Part shown: piece after piece, positions 35,971 through 40,206 of the stretch
Numbering within the stretch: the first letter of the stretch is position 1
Layout: the number at the start of each line of letters is the position of its first letter
Assembly (NCBI RefSeq): GCF_006345805.1
Contig: NW_021835359.1
Location: 1-40,206, forward strand
Length of the DNA stretch: 40,206 nt
From: Octopus sinensis
Taxonomy: Eukaryota
Reading direction: 5' to 3'
Made by a program: the position numbers and the translations under genes
Notes under the pieces: generated by a model
The model's input: only the letters and a program-made list of their open reading frames with translations
Told to the model about the DNA's origin: nothing
Databases searched by the model: none

Positions 35971-36520
35971 GAGTGAGCGAGCAGAGCATGCCATCAAAGT
36001 GACACTGGGGTAAAATATACGAACCCAGTATACCCATCATGACTACCCGTCTGATAAGGGTACACCAGGCACATGCATCACAACCATATGTGCACGACAT
36101 GGTGATCTCATATCAAGATAAACAGCACATGACCTTGCAGGTGGAGCCCAGTTAGAATTTTCTTCAGATCGAGTAACCCATCCCGCTCAAAAGGTCCCTG
36201 AATAAGGGTTGTTAAGGACGTTGAACGAAACACCCATGTTTCCAGAGGTGAATTATTCAAACCCCAAAGAATCCTTCTCAAACATGGCTATGATGCTCCC
36301 CCACTACTTCTGCGTGATCAGAGATGCACATATCGTCAGCCACTAAGGGACATGCTCAACTGGTTAAGGTCAAACAACTGACAAGCAAATCTGTGGTATT
36401 GAGCAGAATATTTGCTGTAGCCCATCTTTTATACCAAGACAAAACAATGTACATGATAACACTTCCAATCAGTTAAGATCAGAAGCCATGAGAGCCACTG
36501 CCTGGTACTGCATCAGGGCA
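35971..36520 (-). mobile_element. Element D: 550-bp non-coding repeat embedded in (AAT)n
   Basis: Sharp boundaries with (ATT)n on both sides and a second truncated copy at 10219-10330. I see no ORF, TIRs or Pol III boxes. Strand is inferred from the truncation polarity. Confidence 0.75.
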
Positions 36521-36533
36521 TATTATTATTTAT

Positions 36534-36566
<33 letters not shown>

Positions 36567-36618
36567 ATTAATTATTATTATTATGATTATTATTATTATT
36601 ATTAATTATATTATTAAA

Positions 36619-36656
<38 letters not shown>

Positions 36657-36702
36657 TATTATTATTATTATTTCATTATTATTATTAATATTATTATTAT
36701 TA

Positions 36703-36786
<84 letters not shown>
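36521..36786. repeat. (ATT)n microsatellite
   Basis: Direct reading. Confidence 0.95.
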
Positions 36787-36787
<1 letters not shown>

Positions 36788-36950
36788 GGCAAATTAGCAG
36801 ACTCGCTGCCGCTTAGTAGCATTTCTTCCGACTCAATACGTTTTTAGTTCAAATTTCGTCAAGGTTGACTTTACCTTTCATCCTTTCTGGATCGATAAAG
36901 TAAGTACCAGTTGAACACTGGAATCTACGTAACCGATTTACACAACCGGC
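36788..36950 (+). mobile_element. Decayed SINE family A
   Basis: Reads AGTTCAAATTTCGTCAAGGTTGACTTTACCTTTCATCCTTTC..CGATAAAGTAAGTACCAG. Confidence 0.75.
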
Positions 36951-36970
36951 CTTCTGTCGAGATTTGAAAC

Positions 36971-37033
<63 letters not shown>

Positions 37034-37040
37034 CAGCAGC
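36971..37040. repeat. (TAG)n(CAG)n microsatellite
   Basis: Direct reading. Confidence 0.95.
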
Positions 37041-37041
37041 A

Positions 37042-37129
37042 CAGCTCAGGACGCCAGTATACTACCAGACACCGTGTTTCGATCTCATGCGATCTCCTCA
37101 GTGACGAATACCCCGAGCGTTCAGAGCTG
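37042..37129 (-). ncRNA. Type I hammerhead ribozyme motif at the tip of a long hairpin
   Basis: The minus strand reads CAGCUC-U-GAACGC-UCGG-GGUAU-UC-GUCA-CUGAGGA-GAUC(GCAUGA)GAUC-GAAAC-ACGGU-GUC^UGGU-AGU-AUACU-G-GCGUCC-U-GAGCUG. All core nucleotides are present, stem II is 4 bp and stem I has several paired segments. Confidence 0.8.
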
Positions 37130-37614
37130 AACCGAAAATACTTGCTCCGATATAGAAATCGATAAAGACAACATTCACTGATTTGTGCGCAAGTTAGGCC
37201 AGGCTCCAAATGATTCTGGCTCACAGCGTTCAGAGTATTCGTTACAGATGAGATTTGGTGTGATTTAACAGCTATTTCTAGCATCTCTACAGACCAGGCA
37301 ATGGTTTTCTTCCAGGCTGGGAAGAAAGGAGGGGGGGGGTCTTCGTTTGCTATTGTTCGTGTTCTTGTATCTATCTTCTTTCTTAGTGTTAAGTATTGTT
37401 ACTTTGGTGCTGCCATTGTTATTTCCGCCCTTTGTTTTTAAAATGAATTACTAATACCATTTTTTAAAGAAAATTCCTTGCGATATAAACAAAAATAATA
37501 GATAAAAATTAGTATTATATTCAGATATAATTGAAAAGGTATCTTTCCCTTTGTTTTAATAGAACTAAAGTTCATGCATCTTTGAAAGCGTATGCAGCGT
37601 GTGCGCATGCGCAT

Positions 37615-37985
37615 TCATACATACATGCATACATGAATACATTCATGCATACATTCATACATACATACATACATACATACATACATACATACATACATAC
37701 ATGCATACATACATGCATACATACATGCATGCATACGTACGTACATACATACATACATACATACATGCATACATGCATACATGCATACATACATGCATAC
37801 ATACATACATACATGCATGCATACATACGTTCATACATACATACATTCATACACACATACACGCATACATACAAGCATGCATTCATACATACATACATAC
37901 ATACAAACATGCATTCATACATACATACATACAAACATGCATACATACATACATGCATTCATACATACATGCGTACATATATGCA
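37615..37985. repeat. (CATA)n tract
   Basis: Direct reading. Confidence 0.95.
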
Positions 37986-38433
37986 TTGGCAGTACCAGTG
38001 CTGATTCTAACATTTGGAATACTTGACTGATTTGTAGAAGAAATCCACTCTACAGACGTTAAAACCTGCTAGATACATCAATTGGAAACCTCTCCAGAAA
38101 TAGTGATGTCAACAGGCTCTACCCTAGAAGAGATGAAATGGGTAGGGGCTTAAAAGAGATCCGTGCAGACAGCCTTCTAATGTCGTATAGTCTCTCGTAG
38201 ACAGCACTTGCTATACAACAGCAGCAAAAATAAGTATATTAATTTAATGCCGAATGGTGGGGAGAACACTATCCTACGTATCGGAAGTACTCTCTTCCTC
38301 CTGACCTCTCATACCAACCCCAAACAGACAGACTAACATACCTCAAAGAAGACCTCGATACGAAACGCTCAGCTTACCAAAACAAAATCATGCATAGGTA
38401 TGTTTCCTGAACATTTGAAGAAGGCAGTAATAT

Positions 38434-38648
38434 TGGTTTCAAATTTTGGCACAAATTCCAGCTCTTTCAGGAAGGAGTTAAATTGTTTAAATCGAGCTCA
38501 GTTTTCAACTGGTATTTATTTTATCGACCCCTAAAGGATGAAAGACAAAATCGACCCCGACCGCATTTGAACTCCGAACATGAAGACGGATGAAATGCCG
38601 CCAAGCATTTTCCCGGCATACTAGCAGTTCTGCCAGCACGCCACCCTT
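38434..38648 (-). mobile_element. Decayed SINE family A2
   Basis: Reads ACTGGTATTTATTTTATCGACCCCTAAAGGATGAAAGACAAA..ATTTGAACTC..TTCTGCCAGCACGCCACC. Confidence 0.8.
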
Positions 38649-39517
38649 GAAGAAGACGGTAGTATTGACATGACGCGAAACCTCTCTCGGACTAGTGACC
38701 ACTACATCACATCACACTTCGAAGGCTGTGCGTTTGCAATATAAAAACAAGAGATTGCTACCAAATACCCAATAAACAACAAAAAGAACGGTTAGGCTCT
38801 TGGCGTTCTAATGCAACTTGGAAAAGTAGATTATGTATTTCTGTGGTAGACATTTATGCCGATAAATATTGGAACACTTGGTTTTGTAAGCAAATGCCTG
38901 TTAGTATGGATAAGCTTGGATTTTCAGAAAAGAAATCGACCAGCCGATTCACACATTACAAATACTGCCTGTAAGCGAAACAGTAAAAGTATGCAAGGCT
39001 TTTCTTAGATTTAAAATGTGACATTGTTTTCGTTATCTACATTCCAAAGGTGCAGCTTCGTATATTTGTTAGAAAGCTGCTCCTTCCTGGCAAGAAGAGT
39101 TTAATTAATCGAAAACAAAAAAGAACATACATATGAAAAATGTGTACAATTCTCTAGGGACCCCAATTCATGTGTATTTGCTGGGGCAGACATACGTGGA
39201 AATGGCATGAGTGAACACACATAGAAATAACGGTGAAGCATAGATTTTTGTTTATTGAAATGAAACGAATATGTCCCATACAAACACAGGCTATCCATGA
39301 GCAGAAACATGCTTATATACACACACATATCAACCAATTCAGGCAACCACAAACCAATCCCTGCCACCCACCTCAACACCTGTCTTAAACTGAAATAAAA
39401 GAGCCTTTCCACTTGTTGGTGTGGAGCCAGGTTTGAATTCTCCAAAATAAAAACAAATTTAATAAATCCTACAGAAAACACATACACACAGACAAAGCTA
39501 CATAATCCATACATACA

Positions 39518-39566
<49 letters not shown>

Positions 39567-39604
39567 TTCATGTAGAATGAAAATATAACCGTTTTAACCT
39601 ACCC

Positions 39605-39654
39605 CCTTCTTTCTCCTCTCCTCTCTCTTCTCTCTCTCTCTTCTCTCTCTCTCT

Positions 39655-39690
<36 letters not shown>

Positions 39691-39698
39691 CTCTCTCT
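39605..39698. repeat. (CT)n microsatellite
   Basis: Direct reading. Confidence 0.95.
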
Positions 39699-40206
39699 CG
39701 ATTTTCTTTGTCTTTCTCTAACTCACGTCTCTTCTTTTTTCCAACGATTATTAGAACGCTGGTCTTCCTTTGTAACACAACTATATTTAGCAAATGTATT
39801 AACAGTTATCCTTCTCCAGATATAGATTTCCTTTTTTTCTTTTTATAAACAGTCGAACGTTTCAGAATTTCTCCATAATCAGTGGATTTTTGTAAGGTTT
39901 AAAGTTCAAATTTACGTTTAAATAGATTTACAGGAAATTATTTTCATTCTTCTATTTCAAGTGAGTAAACCCGTGTATAACAAGACGGATGAGAAAAAAC
40001 CATTATCCGTCGAGATACGAAACTTAGAAGATTTCTTGTTTACTTGAGTGTTTGGGGGTGAAATCTGTAACAGAAGAGTTAAATAATGAAGAAAACAAAA
40101 AAAAAAAGAAAATAAGTGGAATGGTTTTAGGTTGGATATTAAAACTTTGTTCTGTCTTCAATTCTTAATAGACAAAATCCATTCATACAAAGTTATAATA
40201 ATACAG

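Noticed and set aside
36460-36520. HDV-like ribozyme at the 5' end of element D
   Set aside because: I could fold only a short hairpin (TGCCCTG/CAGGCA), not the nested double pseudoknot.
38340-38700. Two faint GAAGAAG..CGAAAC hammerhead-like traces
   Set aside because: The CUGA box is broken and the stems do not pair.

Overview
This is AT-rich eukaryotic non-coding DNA saturated with microsatellites. I infer an octopus (coleoid cephalopod) intron or intergenic region from my recall of its tRNA-derived SINE sequences; no database was searched. I can support no intact protein-coding gene, and almost all ORF-track entries are translated microsatellites. The window holds three tRNA-derived SINE families (working names A, B, C, about 20 copies or fragments), two TA-flanked Tc1/mariner-type MITEs, and a non-autonomous Helitron next to a Helentron-like element. 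It also holds decayed transposase or RT relics: a Chapaev3-like transposase split by three younger insertions, a DD41D-like Tc1/mariner, an R4/Dong endonuclease end and a CR1/Jockey-group RT. A 550-bp non-coding element sits inside (AAT)n. The least expected structures are: (i) three unrelated Penelope-type hammerhead ribozyme motifs on the minus strand plus a decayed one on the plus strand; (ii) an 8 x ~187-bp satellite of SINE tRNA-like heads alternating with a fixed flank, with no Pol III terminator; (iii) a 16-bp minisatellite born at the same SINE site that gives 13 phased TCF/LEF-type GATCAAAG motifs; (iv) a tandem duplicate shortened at three microhomologies; (v) an inverted SINE pair and a (TA)n-centred palindrome that could form long dsRNA.
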